A DNA stretch of 64,000 nt from a bacterium (GTDB taxonomy: Bacteria > UBA8248). The stretch lies in the NCBI GenBank assembly GCA_965199855.1, contig OZ241326.1, positions 2,279,682 to 2,343,681 of the forward strand, given 5' to 3'. Below the pieces are notes generated by a model, which was given only the letters and a program-made list of their open reading frames with translations, was not told the origin of the DNA and ran no database searches. Positions within the stretch are counted from its first letter, which is position 1, and each line of letters begins with the position of its first letter. Made by a program: the position numbers and the translations under genes. Positions 34,183 to 44,702 of this stretch are shown here, in pieces.

Positions 34183-35478
34183 CTACGGGATCGATCGCGC
34201 CGCGTCCCGGACGAAGCGGCCCAGGCTCCGCCGCGCCGCCTCCCCGAAATTCCCGAACATCTCGAGCGTGGCCCGCTTGCTGCCCTCCACCGCCGGCTGA
34301 TCGAAGGGGTTGACGCCGCGCAGCAGGCCGCCATAGACGGCCGCCCACTGCCAGAGCGCGATGAGGCGGCACACGTCGCCGACGCCCAGGGAATCGAGCG
34401 TGAGGACGAGATGGGGCGTCCCCCTCCGCTCGGCCTCCCGAACGACGCCCGCGTGCTCCATGTGAAGAAATTCCGCGCAGGTGCTCTCGCCTCCCTCGAG
34501 AGGCTCATCTCCCTCGAGGCGCTCTACGCGCAGCGAGAGGCCCATCATGCTCCCGCGTCCGCCGAAATAGCGCTGGTTCGTGTGGTGCTGGCTCTCGGGC
34601 GCCGCCGCCGCGAGAATCGTCTGGCCCAGGCCCTCCTTGCAGTAGCTCTCATGGACGAGCTGGACGATGAGCTCGCCCGCCCCCGAGAGCGCGTGGGCGT
34701 ATATCGGCATGAACGCCTCCGTGAAGCCCAGCTCTTCCGCCCGCCACAGCGCCAGCGCCAGATATTTCGCCACGTTCTCGCGGAGGGGAGAGTCGGGGCG
34801 AAGCGTTCGGTGGGCGTCGGCGAAGGCTTTGTCTATCTCGCGGACGAGCGCCGTGCTCCCCTCCAGCATCGCCAGGGGCAGGAGCGCGCTGTTCTGCGCG
34901 GCGGTGAACCGCCCGCCCACCTCGTCGGGATGCGGAAAGGTCGGCAGCCTCCTCGCCTCGACCATCGAGGCGAGCTTGCTGGGGCCGGATGAGGTGATCG
35001 CCACCGCCTCATACCCGCGCGCCAGCAGAAGCGCCGTCTCCTGAATCACGTTTTCCGTGCTCCCCGACTTGCTCACGGGAACCAGCAGGGCGCTGCCGGG
35101 ATGGAGCGCGCCGTCCGCGCGCAGGAGCTCGCCGAGCAGGCCGCTCGCGTCCGTGCCGTCGAGCAGATGCAGTTTCCGGGCAAAGCCCCGCCCGGACAGG
35201 GCGCGATAGAGCGCCCATGCGTTTCGTATCGAGCCGCCGTTTCCGACCACGACGACGTGCGCCTTCCCCTCCGCCGGCGCGAGCATGGCCTCCATGCCGT
35301 CCACGTCCGCGCGCTCGACGGCGAAACGGGGCATGGCCTCTCCCCCCTGATGGCGCGCTATCATCTCCCCGCATTTCGCGGCGTCGTCCAGAAGGTCTCT
35401 TTTCTCGCGCCAGAGGGCGTCCTTTCCCCGCTCGCCGAGAGGCGCCTCGAAACTCCTCGCATACAGATGCAGGCCCAA
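34183..35478 (-). CDS. pgi: glucose-6-phosphate isomerase (short SIS-type)
   Basis: 431 aa. VVVGNGGSIRN, VPVSKSGSTENV, GGRFTA, QLVHESYCKEG and NPFDQPAVEGSK motifs. Confidence 0.75.
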   Translation of the reverse strand: MGLHLYARSFEAPLGERGKDALWREKRDLLDDAAKCGEMIARHQGGEAMPRFAVERADVDGMEAMLAPAEGKAHVVVVGNGGSIRNAWALYRALSGRGFARKLHLLDGTDASGLLGELLRADGALHPGSALLVPVSKSGSTENVIQETALLLARGYEAVAITSSGPSKLASMVEARRLPTFPHPDEVGGRFTAAQNSALLPLAMLEGSTALVREIDKAFADAHRTLRPDSPLRENVAKYLALALWRAEELGFTEAFMPIYAHALSGAGELIVQLVHESYCKEGLGQTILAAAAPESQHHTNQRYFGGRGSMMGLSLRVERLEGDEPLEGGESTCAEFLHMEHAGVVREAERRGTPHLVLTLDSLGVGDVCRLIALWQWAAVYGGLLRGVNPFDQPAVEGSKRATLEMFGNFGEAARRSLGRFVRDAARSIP

Positions 35479-35491
35479 AACCGCGCTCCTC

Positions 35492-36373
35492 TTAAAGCGG
35501 CGAAGAAGCCTCGCCGCCGATCGGCCCCTCGTCCAGATGCGCCCGGAAGCTGCGGACGACGATGGGAATGATGCCGGAGGGGGGAAGATTCAGCCGCCCG
35601 AAGGCGAACGCCGCCGCCTCTTCCGCCGAAAGTTCTCCCCCGCTTCGCGCCAGAGCCTCCTGAACCAGGGCGTCGATTTCCCTCAAATAGTTCGCCCCGC
35701 TTTCGAGATGGGCGGCGATCGCCTCGTCGCGCGAGACCTCCCGGCTCATGGCGGAGAGCAAAACCCTCGCTCCCTCGACGGCTTTCAGCCTCTCCAGGCT
35801 CCGCAGGGTGGACGCCACGCCCTCGTAGATGGGCGGCGCGCCCGGCTCGGGCAGAACGTCCCCGCAGATGAGCGCGCCCTCCCCGGGAAGGAAGAAGGAG
35901 AGGCCGCCCGCCGAGTGCCCGGGGGTGCGCATCACCCGGAGGGCGATTCCGCCCGGGGATATTTCATCCCCCTCCGAGAGGAAGCCCGCGACCTTCGAGG
36001 GGCCCTCCGCCGCCTCGCGCATCCGCCCCACCGGGCGGACGCGATGCTGATGGTCGAGGTCCTCTATCATCCTTCTCTCGGTTTCGGACGCCAGAAACTC
36101 GGGCCGCGCCCTCTCCTCTATCGCCCCGCAGCCGCCGACGTGGTCGAAATGCGAATGCGTGAGCAGAACGTAGGCTATCTCGTCCGGCTTTCGCCCGATG
36201 GATTCGACGTAGTCGAATATCCGGGAAGCGGTGGCGGCGACGCCCGCGTCGATGAGGGTGAGCGTCTCGCCCTCGAGAATATGGGAGGTCACGAACCTGG
36301 GAATCCGCGCCCCCTCCGGCGTCTCGATTCCGAATTCCAGCCAGAGGCAATGGACGCGAGGGGTGATTCGCAT
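35492..36373 (-). CDS. MBL-fold metallo-hydrolase
   Basis: 293 aa. LLTHSHFDHVGG (HxHxDH), TPGHSAGG and GDVLPEPG motifs. Confidence 0.8.
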   Translation of the reverse strand: MRITPRVHCLWLEFGIETPEGARIPRFVTSHILEGETLTLIDAGVAATASRIFDYVESIGRKPDEIAYVLLTHSHFDHVGGCGAIEERARPEFLASETERRMIEDLDHQHRVRPVGRMREAAEGPSKVAGFLSEGDEISPGGIALRVMRTPGHSAGGLSFFLPGEGALICGDVLPEPGAPPIYEGVASTLRSLERLKAVEGARVLLSAMSREVSRDEAIAAHLESGANYLREIDALVQEALARSGGELSAEEAAAFAFGRLNLPPSGIIPIVVRSFRAHLDEGPIGGEASSPL

Positions 36374-36781
36374 GAAGCCATCCGAGGCGGGCGGAGAAAA
36401 TCTTCCGGTTCACGGGACGCCCGCCGCCCGACCGGAGCGCCCGCGCCCCGGGAGCAATCTACCAGAACGCCCCGCCGGCTGAGAAGCGCCCCCGCCGGGC
36501 GAACGCGCGGCGGCGCGTCCCTGAAAAAATCATTGAAGCCGACCACCCGTTTTTCCCGGGGAAAAGCCCCCGTTCGCCTCCTGAAGAATTTCCCCCGGAC
36601 GCCCTCAGGCCGCTCCGTTCATTTTTATGATATTTTTCCCGATATCGGCGTATTTTTTTCTTGTTCCGCCCGCTTTTCTTGCTGTATAAATCCGCCTTGC
36701 GGTTTTCCGGGGCAGCGCGCCCGAAAGCCGCGAAACCACCGCCGCCGGGCAGGAAGAACCACCTTCGCTGAGGGCAAGACG

Positions 36782-37201
36782 ATGAACGCGACCACCCTGG
36801 GCTTCACGCTTCTCTCCGTCCTTTGCTTCGGGGTATGGGGACTCTTCATGAAGATGGGGCAGGAGCGCCTGGGCGCGCTGCCCCACCTCATGGGAATGGG
36901 GCTGACCGCCGCCGCCGTCGTCGCCCTCGCCCTGATGAGCAGGCGCTTCCCCCTGCCGCCGATGCGGACGGACGTCTGGCTGCCCGTCGTCGCCACGCTG
37001 GTCACCCTGGTGGGGATGCTCTGCCTGGTCATCGCCCTCTCGAAGGCGGGCGGGCAGATCGCGGGCGTGGTGGCGCTCTCGGCGCTCTACCCGGGGGTCA
37101 CGGCGGTGATGGCGGCGATCTTCTTGGGCGAGGGCTTCTCGGTCGCCAAGATGGGCGGGCTGGCCTGCGCGGCGCTCGCCGCGTTCCTCTTCACGCGCTA
37201 G
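36782..37201 (+). CDS. small EamA-like (single DMT half-domain) membrane protein
   Basis: ATG 36782; 139 aa with 4-5 hydrophobic helices and an ALYPGVTAVMAAIFLGE motif. It is the C-terminal part of track ORF 35537-37201. Confidence 0.6.
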   Translation: MNATTLGFTLLSVLCFGVWGLFMKMGQERLGALPHLMGMGLTAAAVVALALMSRRFPLPPMRTDVWLPVVATLVTLVGMLCLVIALSKAGGQIAGVVALSALYPGVTAVMAAIFLGEGFSVAKMGGLACAALAAFLFTR

Positions 37202-37218
37202 GAGCGCGCGCCCGGCCC

Positions 37219-39366
37219 ATGACGCCCCAGCGCGGACTCCGCATCGGGATCGACACGGGCGGCACGTTCACCGACGTCGTCGGCGTCCGCTCGGACACCG
37301 GCGAGGTGTTCACCACCAAGACGCCCACGACGCCGGAGGACTTCAGCGAGGGACTGCTCCGGGGGATCCGCAAAATCCTGGAGGAAGCCAAGATCCGCCC
37401 CGCCCTCGTGAGCGGGGTGTTTCACGGCACGACCGTGGCGACGAACGCCATCCTCGAGCGCCGCTTCGAGAACCTGGGGTTCATCGTCACGGAGGGGTTT
37501 CGCCATCTTCTGGAGATCGGCCGGGCGAACGACGCCGGCCGCGAGACCTACGCCGCTCCCCTCCTGCAGGGGCCGGGAGAGGCGCTCGTCCCTCCCGAGC
37601 GGATCCGGGAGGCGCGCGAGCGCGTCTCCGCCTCCGGCGAAATTCTCCGCCCCCTCAGGAAAGAAGACGCGCGCGGGCTCGCGCGGTGGTTCAGGGCGCG
37701 GCGCATCGGCTCCGTGGGGGTCTGCCTGCTCCACGCCTGCGCCGAGCCCGCGCACGAGCGCGTCATTCTCGAAGCCTTCGGGGAGGAATACCCCGAGTGC
37801 TTCGTGAGCGTATCGAGCGAGGTGATGCCCGAGCCCGGCGAATACGAGCGCGCCGTCACCACCCTGCTCGACGCCTGCGTCAAGCCGCCCGTCAAGTCCT
37901 ATCTCGAGCGCAGCGCGCGGAAAATCGAGGAGGCGCTGGGCGGCGCGCCCTTCCTCGTGATGAAGAGCAACGGCGGCGTCTCCACCGCGAGGGAAATCGC
38001 CAAAAGGCCGATAGGCACCGTGCTGTCGGGGCCGGCGGCGGGGGCGCTCTCGGCGGCCTACCTGGGAAAGCTCTCGGGCCACGAGGCGCTCATCACCCTG
38101 GACGGCGGCGGCACCTCCACCGACATCGCCGTCGTCGAGGGCGGCGAGGCCAGGCGCGCCACCCGCCACCGGCTCGACGAGTTTCACCTGCGAATGCCCA
38201 TGATCGACATGGTCGCCATCGGCACGGGGGGCGGCTCCATCGCCTGGCGAAGCGCCGAGGGAAGGCTCCGCGTCGGGCCGAGGAGCGCGGGGGCGGACCC
38301 GGGGCCCGTCTGCTACGGGAAGGGGGGGGAGGAGCCCACCCTCACCGACGCGAACCTGCTGCTCGCCCGCAGCCCCCTCCACCTGGCGGGCGGCGAGGTG
38401 AAGCTCAACAAGGCGCTCGCCATGAAGGCCATGCGCGATCTGGCGCGCCGCTTCGACATGGACCCCTACGAGATGGCCGCGGGCGTCGTCGAAATCGCCG
38501 CCTGGAACCAGGCCCACGCCGCGCGGCGGGCGACGGCGCAAAGGGGGGCGTCGCCGAAAAACTTCGGACTCATGGCCTTCGGAGGCTCCGGGCCGCTCAC
38601 GGCCGGCCTCGCGGCCGAGCTTCTGGGCGTGGACGCCGTCATCGTTCCTCCCTTCGCGGGCATGACGAGCGCCTTCGGGCTGGAGGTCGTCGATCTGGTG
38701 AACGATCACGCGGCGGCCCACCGCCAATCGGAAGAAAACCTCCGCCCCGAGGCCCTCGCCGACGCCTATGAGGAACTCGAGGCCCGCGCCGACGCGGCGC
38801 TGGCCGCCGAGGGCGTCCCCGAACACCGCCGCGAGATGCGGCGCGCGGCCGAGATGCGCTGCCAGGGAGAGGCGACCGAAATCGAGGTGGACGTGCCCGG
38901 AGGCTATCTCACCCCCTCGACGCTGGCGGAGGCGATCGAGCGCTTCCACCTGCTCTACCGGCGCCGCCACGGCCGCAGCCGCAAGGGGAGCCGCCCGGTC
39001 GAAATCGCGCGCCTGCGCGTCACGGGCGTGGGCCTGACGGAGCCGCCCAACCTCCCCCTGATTCCCGCGGGCGACGACAGCCCCGAGGAAGCCTACAAGG
39101 GCGCGCGCCTCGTCTGGTTCCGGGAGCTGGGCGGGTTTCACGACACGCCCGTCTATTACCGGGAAAGGCTGCTGGAGGGAAACTGCATCCCGGGGCCCGC
39201 CGTCGTGGAGAGCTTCGGCAGCACCACGGCGATCTTCCCGCGCCAGGAGGCGCGGGTGGACAGATACGGGAATCTGGTGATGCGCTTCCGCTCCGAAATC
39301 CCCGAGCGCGGCGAGCGCGCCGGCAGGCCGACGGGGGCGCACGGCGTGGGAGCGGCGCGGGGATGA
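37219..39366 (+). CDS. hyuA: hydantoinase/oxoprolinase family protein, A (beta) subunit
   Basis: ATG 37219; 715 aa. LRIGIDTGGTFTDVVG, HGTTVATNAILE and LTLDGGGTSTDIA motifs. Confidence 0.85.
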   Translation: MTPQRGLRIGIDTGGTFTDVVGVRSDTGEVFTTKTPTTPEDFSEGLLRGIRKILEEAKIRPALVSGVFHGTTVATNAILERRFENLGFIVTEGFRHLLEIGRANDAGRETYAAPLLQGPGEALVPPERIREARERVSASGEILRPLRKEDARGLARWFRARRIGSVGVCLLHACAEPAHERVILEAFGEEYPECFVSVSSEVMPEPGEYERAVTTLLDACVKPPVKSYLERSARKIEEALGGAPFLVMKSNGGVSTAREIAKRPIGTVLSGPAAGALSAAYLGKLSGHEALITLDGGGTSTDIAVVEGGEARRATRHRLDEFHLRMPMIDMVAIGTGGGSIAWRSAEGRLRVGPRSAGADPGPVCYGKGGEEPTLTDANLLLARSPLHLAGGEVKLNKALAMKAMRDLARRFDMDPYEMAAGVVEIAAWNQAHAARRATAQRGASPKNFGLMAFGGSGPLTAGLAAELLGVDAVIVPPFAGMTSAFGLEVVDLVNDHAAAHRQSEENLRPEALADAYEELEARADAALAAEGVPEHRREMRRAAEMRCQGEATEIEVDVPGGYLTPSTLAEAIERFHLLYRRRHGRSRKGSRPVEIARLRVTGVGLTEPPNLPLIPAGDDSPEEAYKGARLVWFRELGGFHDTPVYYRERLLEGNCIPGPAVVESFGSTTAIFPRQEARVDRYGNLVMRFRSEIPERGERAGRPTGAHGVGAARG

Positions 39367-41074
39367 ACGCGAACCCCGTCGTGAGCGAAATCCTCGCGGG
39401 CGCGCTGCGCGCCATCGAGGAGGAGGTCGAGGAGCTTCTCGCCCGCGTCTGGCGCAGCCCCTCGCTGCGGGACGCGGGCGACTTCTCCGTCTGCCTGTTC
39501 GACCGCTTCGGCCGCGCCCTCACGGGCCGGGCGCTGGCCTCGGGCCCCGCCCCCGTCCTCCGCGCGCATCCCGAAATCGCCGAGGGCGACGTCTTTCTCC
39601 ACAACGACCCCTACGCGCCGCCCGCGGGCCTGGGCGAGGCGCCCGAGCTGTGCCTCACCCGCCCCCTGTTCGCGGACGGCGCGCTCCTGGCCTTCCTGCA
39701 GATCAGGGGACGCCACGACGACGTGGGCGGCGCGCTGCCCGGCGGGAGAAGCGGCGGGGCGCGGGAGAGCTACCACGAGGCCTCCTCGTTCCGCCGGTGC
39801 GAATCGCGCGGAGGGACGAGACCGTCCGCGACGTCAGGGCCCTGCTTCTGCGGAACAGCCGGCGGGCCCGCCACCTGGGCGACGACATCGACGCGCAGCT
39901 GGGCGCGCTCCGGGTGGGCGCGGCGCGCCTTGCGGATTTGACGCGCCGATACGGGGCGGAGAACCTCTCGGCCTGCTTCGCCGATCTGTTGAGAGAGTGC
40001 GAGCTCGCCTTCCGGGAGCGGCTCATCCCGCGGATTCCCGAAAAAAGCTGGACGGCGCGCGCGGCCGTGGAATCGGACGGCCTGGACGGCCCCCACGCGC
40101 TCGAACTCACGCTCTCGCGCCGCGGGGACGCCCTGCGCGTCGCGCTGGACGCCGCCCCCCAGGCGCAGGGGCCGATAAACTGCCCTCTGGCGGGAGAAGG
40201 CGCGCAGTGCCTGCTCCGCCTGCTCGCGCCCGCCCTGCTCCGCCTGGAGGAGGACGCCGCCGAGTTCCCCCTGAACGACGGCGCCCTGCGGGCGTTCGAG
40301 GTCGGACTGCCGGGGCCCGGAACGCTGCTGACCCCGCGCTTTCCCGCGCCGACGGGCCTGCGGGCGCTCACGCTGGGGAAGCTGCTCTCCGCGTTCGGCG
40401 AGGCGCTCTTCGAGGCGTCGGGCGGGCGGGCGCCCGCGGGCTCCGAGAGCCTGCGAACGCTCGCCTTCTGTGGGCATGACGCGCGAGGCGGCTTCCACCT
40501 CCTCCGGGAGGCGCTGGGCGCGGGCGCGGGCGCGGGCGCGGGGGGAGACGGCGCGTCCGCGACTCCCCCCGTCGGCGGCGCCGGCGGCATGTCCGTCGAG
40601 GCGATGGAGGCGCGCTATCCCGTGCGGGTCGAGGCGATGGGGCTGGTCGAGGACTCGGGCGGCGCGGGCAAAAACCGGGGCGGCCTGGGCGTCTATAGGG
40701 AATACCGCCTGCTCATGGACGGCGAGGCGGCGAGCGCGGCGGGCGGCGCGGAGGCGCCTCCTTCGGGACGGGCCGGCGGGTCGGCCGGAGCTCCCTATCG
40801 CATCGAGCGCCGCGCCGGAAGGGAGCGCGTCTCGATGCCGGCGGTCTGCGCGGCCGTCCCGTTTTCGGACGGCGACGCGATTCGCGTCGCGACCCCCGGC
40901 GGCGGCGGGTGGGGCGACCCCATGGAGCGCGATCCCCAAGCCGCGCGCGCCGACGTTCTGCGCGGCTTCGTCTCCAGGGAGGCGGCGGAATCCCTCTACG
41001 GGGTGGTTCTGGGGCGCGCGCCCGGCTTCGGGATCGACGAGAGCGAGACGCGCAGGCGCAGGCGGGGAAAATAA
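39363..41074 (+). pseudogene. hyuB: hydantoinase B/oxoprolinase family gene interrupted by a single-base frameshift (or assembly error)
   Basis: The N-terminal part is in the frame of ORF 39363-39941 (through ...GGARESYHE). The rest is in the frame of ORF 39650-41074 (GLLVPPVRI...). Adding one G at GAGG|CC (39779-39781) restores ESYHEGLLVPPVRIARRDE, the conserved HyuB motif. Confidence 0.75.
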
Positions 41075-42310
<1,236 letters not shown>

Positions 42311-42317
42311 AAACGGC

Positions 42318-43541
42318 ATGGGCACGATAACGAGCGCCATCGAGAACGGCGCGGCCAAGCTCGGCGTGGAGGACGTGGACGTCGCGGGCAGGCGGGTCTT
42401 CCTGCGCGTCGACTTCAACGTGCCGCTCGACGATCAGGGACACATCACGGACGACGCGCGCATCCGGGCGGCGCTGCCCACCATCAACTATCTGCTGGAC
42501 GAGGGCGCGCGGGTCGTCATCGGCTCCCACCTCGGCCGTCCGAAGGGGAGGTTCGACGCCAAAAACTCCCTCGCGCCGGTCGGCAAGCGTCTGGCGCGCC
42601 TGCTGGACAAGGAATGCCCCCTGGCGTCCGACCCCGCCGACCCGGAGACCAGAAGCCGCGCGGAGAAGATGAAGCCGGGCGAGGTGCTCCTGCTGGAGAA
42701 TCTCCGGTTTCACCCGGGCGAGGAGAAAAACGACGAGAAATTCGCCCGGAAGCTCGCCTCCCTGGCCGACCTCTACATCGACGACGCCTTCGGCAACGCC
42801 CACCGCTCCCACGCCTCCATGTCGGCGATCACGAAATTCCTGCGTCCCGCCGTCGCGGGCTTTCTGATGATCAAGGAGGTGAGCTACCTGAGCGGCGCGG
42901 TGAACAACCCGATGCGCCCGGTGGTGGCGATTCTCGGCGGGGCGAAGGCGAGCGCGAAAATCGGCATCGTCGAGCAGATATTGCCGAAGATGGACAAGAT
43001 CATCCTGGGCGGCGGCATGGCGGGCACCTTTCACCGCGCCCTGGGCTTCGAGATGGGCAACAGCCTCGTGGAGGAGCACATGATGGACACGGCGCGCTCC
43101 ATCATGAACAAGGCGCAGGAGCTAGGGGTGAAGTTCTACCTTCCGAGCGACTACGTGGTGGCGGACAAGTTCGAGGCGTCGGCGGAAACCAAGGTGGTGC
43201 CCGCCCAGGAGGTGCCCGAGGACTGGTTCGCCCTGGACATCGGCCCGGCGAGCACCACCCTGTTCGGCGAGGCGCTCCAGGACGCGAAGACCATCATCTG
43301 GAACGGCCCGATGGGCGTGTTCGAGTTGGACGCCTTCTCGCGCGGGACATACGCCATGGTGAACCACGTGGCGAATTCCTACGCCCTGACGATCGTGGGC
43401 GGCGGCGACACGGACGTGGCCGTCCACGCGGCGGGAGAATCGCGCCGCATCTCCTACATCAGCACGGGCGGCGGCGCCTTCCTGGAGCTGCTCGAGGGCA
43501 AGGAGCTGCCCGGCCTGGCGTGCCTGACGGACAAGCGCTGA
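42318..43541 (+). CDS. pgk: phosphoglycerate kinase
   Basis: 407 aa. RVDFNVPLD, SHLGRPKG, GGAKASAKI and STGGGAFLE motifs. Confidence 0.95.
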   Translation: MGTITSAIENGAAKLGVEDVDVAGRRVFLRVDFNVPLDDQGHITDDARIRAALPTINYLLDEGARVVIGSHLGRPKGRFDAKNSLAPVGKRLARLLDKECPLASDPADPETRSRAEKMKPGEVLLLENLRFHPGEEKNDEKFARKLASLADLYIDDAFGNAHRSHASMSAITKFLRPAVAGFLMIKEVSYLSGAVNNPMRPVVAILGGAKASAKIGIVEQILPKMDKIILGGGMAGTFHRALGFEMGNSLVEEHMMDTARSIMNKAQELGVKFYLPSDYVVADKFEASAETKVVPAQEVPEDWFALDIGPASTTLFGEALQDAKTIIWNGPMGVFELDAFSRGTYAMVNHVANSYALTIVGGGDTDVAVHAAGESRRISYISTGGGAFLELLEGKELPGLACLTDKR

Positions 43542-43563
43542 GGCTTCCCGGGAGGAATTCTCG

Positions 43564-44346
43564 ATGCGGCGCAAGCTGGTGGCCGGCAACTGGAAGATGA
43601 ACAAGACGATACCCGAGGCGCGGACGCTCGCGCGCGAGGTGGCCGAGGGCGCCGCGCGGGCGGGCCTCCCGGGGGTGGACGCGCTTCTGGCGCCGCCCTA
43701 TCCCGCGCTTCACGCGGTGGCGGAGGCGGTGGCCGGAAGCGGGGTCGGCGTCGCCGGACAGAACTGCTCCCATCATCCCGAGGGCGCGCGCACCGGCGAG
43801 GTGAGCGTCTCGATGCTCAGGGACGCGGGCGCGACCCACGTCATCCTCGGGCACAGCGAAAGGCGGGAGACGGCGGGAGAGGGCGACGCCCTCATCGCGC
43901 GAAAGGCGGCGGCGGCGAGCGCGGGCGGCCTCGTTCCGATTCTCTGCCTCGGGGAGCCGCTCCCCACGAGGCGGGCGGGCGCGGCGCTCGCGCGCATCGC
44001 CCATCAGGTGGAGCTCTCCATCGAGGGAGCCTATCCCTCCCCTCCCGCCGGCGGCCTCGTCATAGCGTATGAGCCCGTGTGGGCCATCGGCACGGGCCTC
44101 ACGGCCGCGCCCGAGCAGGCGCAGGAGGCGCACGCCTTCATCCGAGAGCGCCTCGGCAGGGCCTACGGCTTGGAATGGGCGCGGGAAGCGCGTATCCTCT
44201 ACGGTGGCAGCGTGAAGCCGGACAACGCGGAGGCGCTGTTCGCGCAGCCGGACATCGACGGCGGCCTCATCGGCGGGGCGAGCCTGAACAGCGGGGATTT
44301 TCTGAAAATCATCGGCGCCGCGGAGGCGGCTTCCGCATCGAGGTGA
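43564..44346 (+). CDS. tpiA: triose-phosphate isomerase
   Basis: 260 aa. VAGNWKMN, ILGHSERR, AYEPVWAIGTG and YGGSVKP motifs. Confidence 0.95.
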   Translation: MRRKLVAGNWKMNKTIPEARTLAREVAEGAARAGLPGVDALLAPPYPALHAVAEAVAGSGVGVAGQNCSHHPEGARTGEVSVSMLRDAGATHVILGHSERRETAGEGDALIARKAAAASAGGLVPILCLGEPLPTRRAGAALARIAHQVELSIEGAYPSPPAGGLVIAYEPVWAIGTGLTAAPEQAQEAHAFIRERLGRAYGLEWAREARILYGGSVKPDNAEALFAQPDIDGGLIGGASLNSGDFLKIIGAAEAASASR

Positions 44347-44359
44347 GAAGAGCGAGACA

Positions 44360-44689
44360 ATGACCATCGTCCTGACAATCCTGCACGTAGCCGTCGCGAT
44401 CTGCCTGGTGCTGTCCGTGCTTCTCCAGGCGGGAAAGGGCGGGGGCATCGGCGCCGCCTTCGGAGGCTCCAGCGACACGATGTTCGGCGCGCGGGGGCCG
44501 GTGAGCTTCCTGAGCAAGCTCACGACCGGCGCCGCCGTCCTCTTCATGGCGACCTCGCTCCTGCTCACCTACATCGGCTCGCAAAGCGCGAACCGGGGCG
44601 CCTCGATAGTGCCCTCCGCGCCCGTCAGGAGCGCGCCGGCGCAGCCTCCCGCCGCACCCCCGAAGCCGGCCGCCCCCGCGAACAAATAA
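44360..44689 (+). CDS. secG: preprotein translocase subunit SecG
   Basis: 109 aa. LVLSVLLQAGKGGGIGAAFGG motif and the conserved position after tpiA. Confidence 0.85.
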   Translation: MTIVLTILHVAVAICLVLSVLLQAGKGGGIGAAFGGSSDTMFGARGPVSFLSKLTTGAAVLFMATSLLLTYIGSQSANRGASIVPSAPVRSAPAQPPAAPPKPAAPANK

Positions 44690-44702
44690 GCGAGGGCGGA
44701 GG

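Noticed and set aside
36374-36781. 408-nt AT-richer region upstream of the small EamA-like exporter, checked for guanidine riboswitch classes (ykkC, mini-ykkC, guanidine-III); a THI-box upstream of tenA was also considered
   Set aside because: There are no paired ACGR-loop hairpins and no ykkC-like conserved core, and the candidate pseudoknot strands are not complementary. Only a weak promoter-like TTGTTC-18 nt-TATAAA (36661-36690) is present. tenA starts 25 nt after the previous gene, leaving no room for a riboswitch.
40516-40539. (GGGCGC)x4 hexanucleotide run, and a similar GTGGGC-type run near 17310-17336; checked as possible CRISPR or regulatory repeats
   Set aside because: These are in-frame Gly-Ala / Val-Gly coding microsatellites inside hyuB and a TauE gene. 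No repeat-spacer architecture is visible anywhere in the window by eye.
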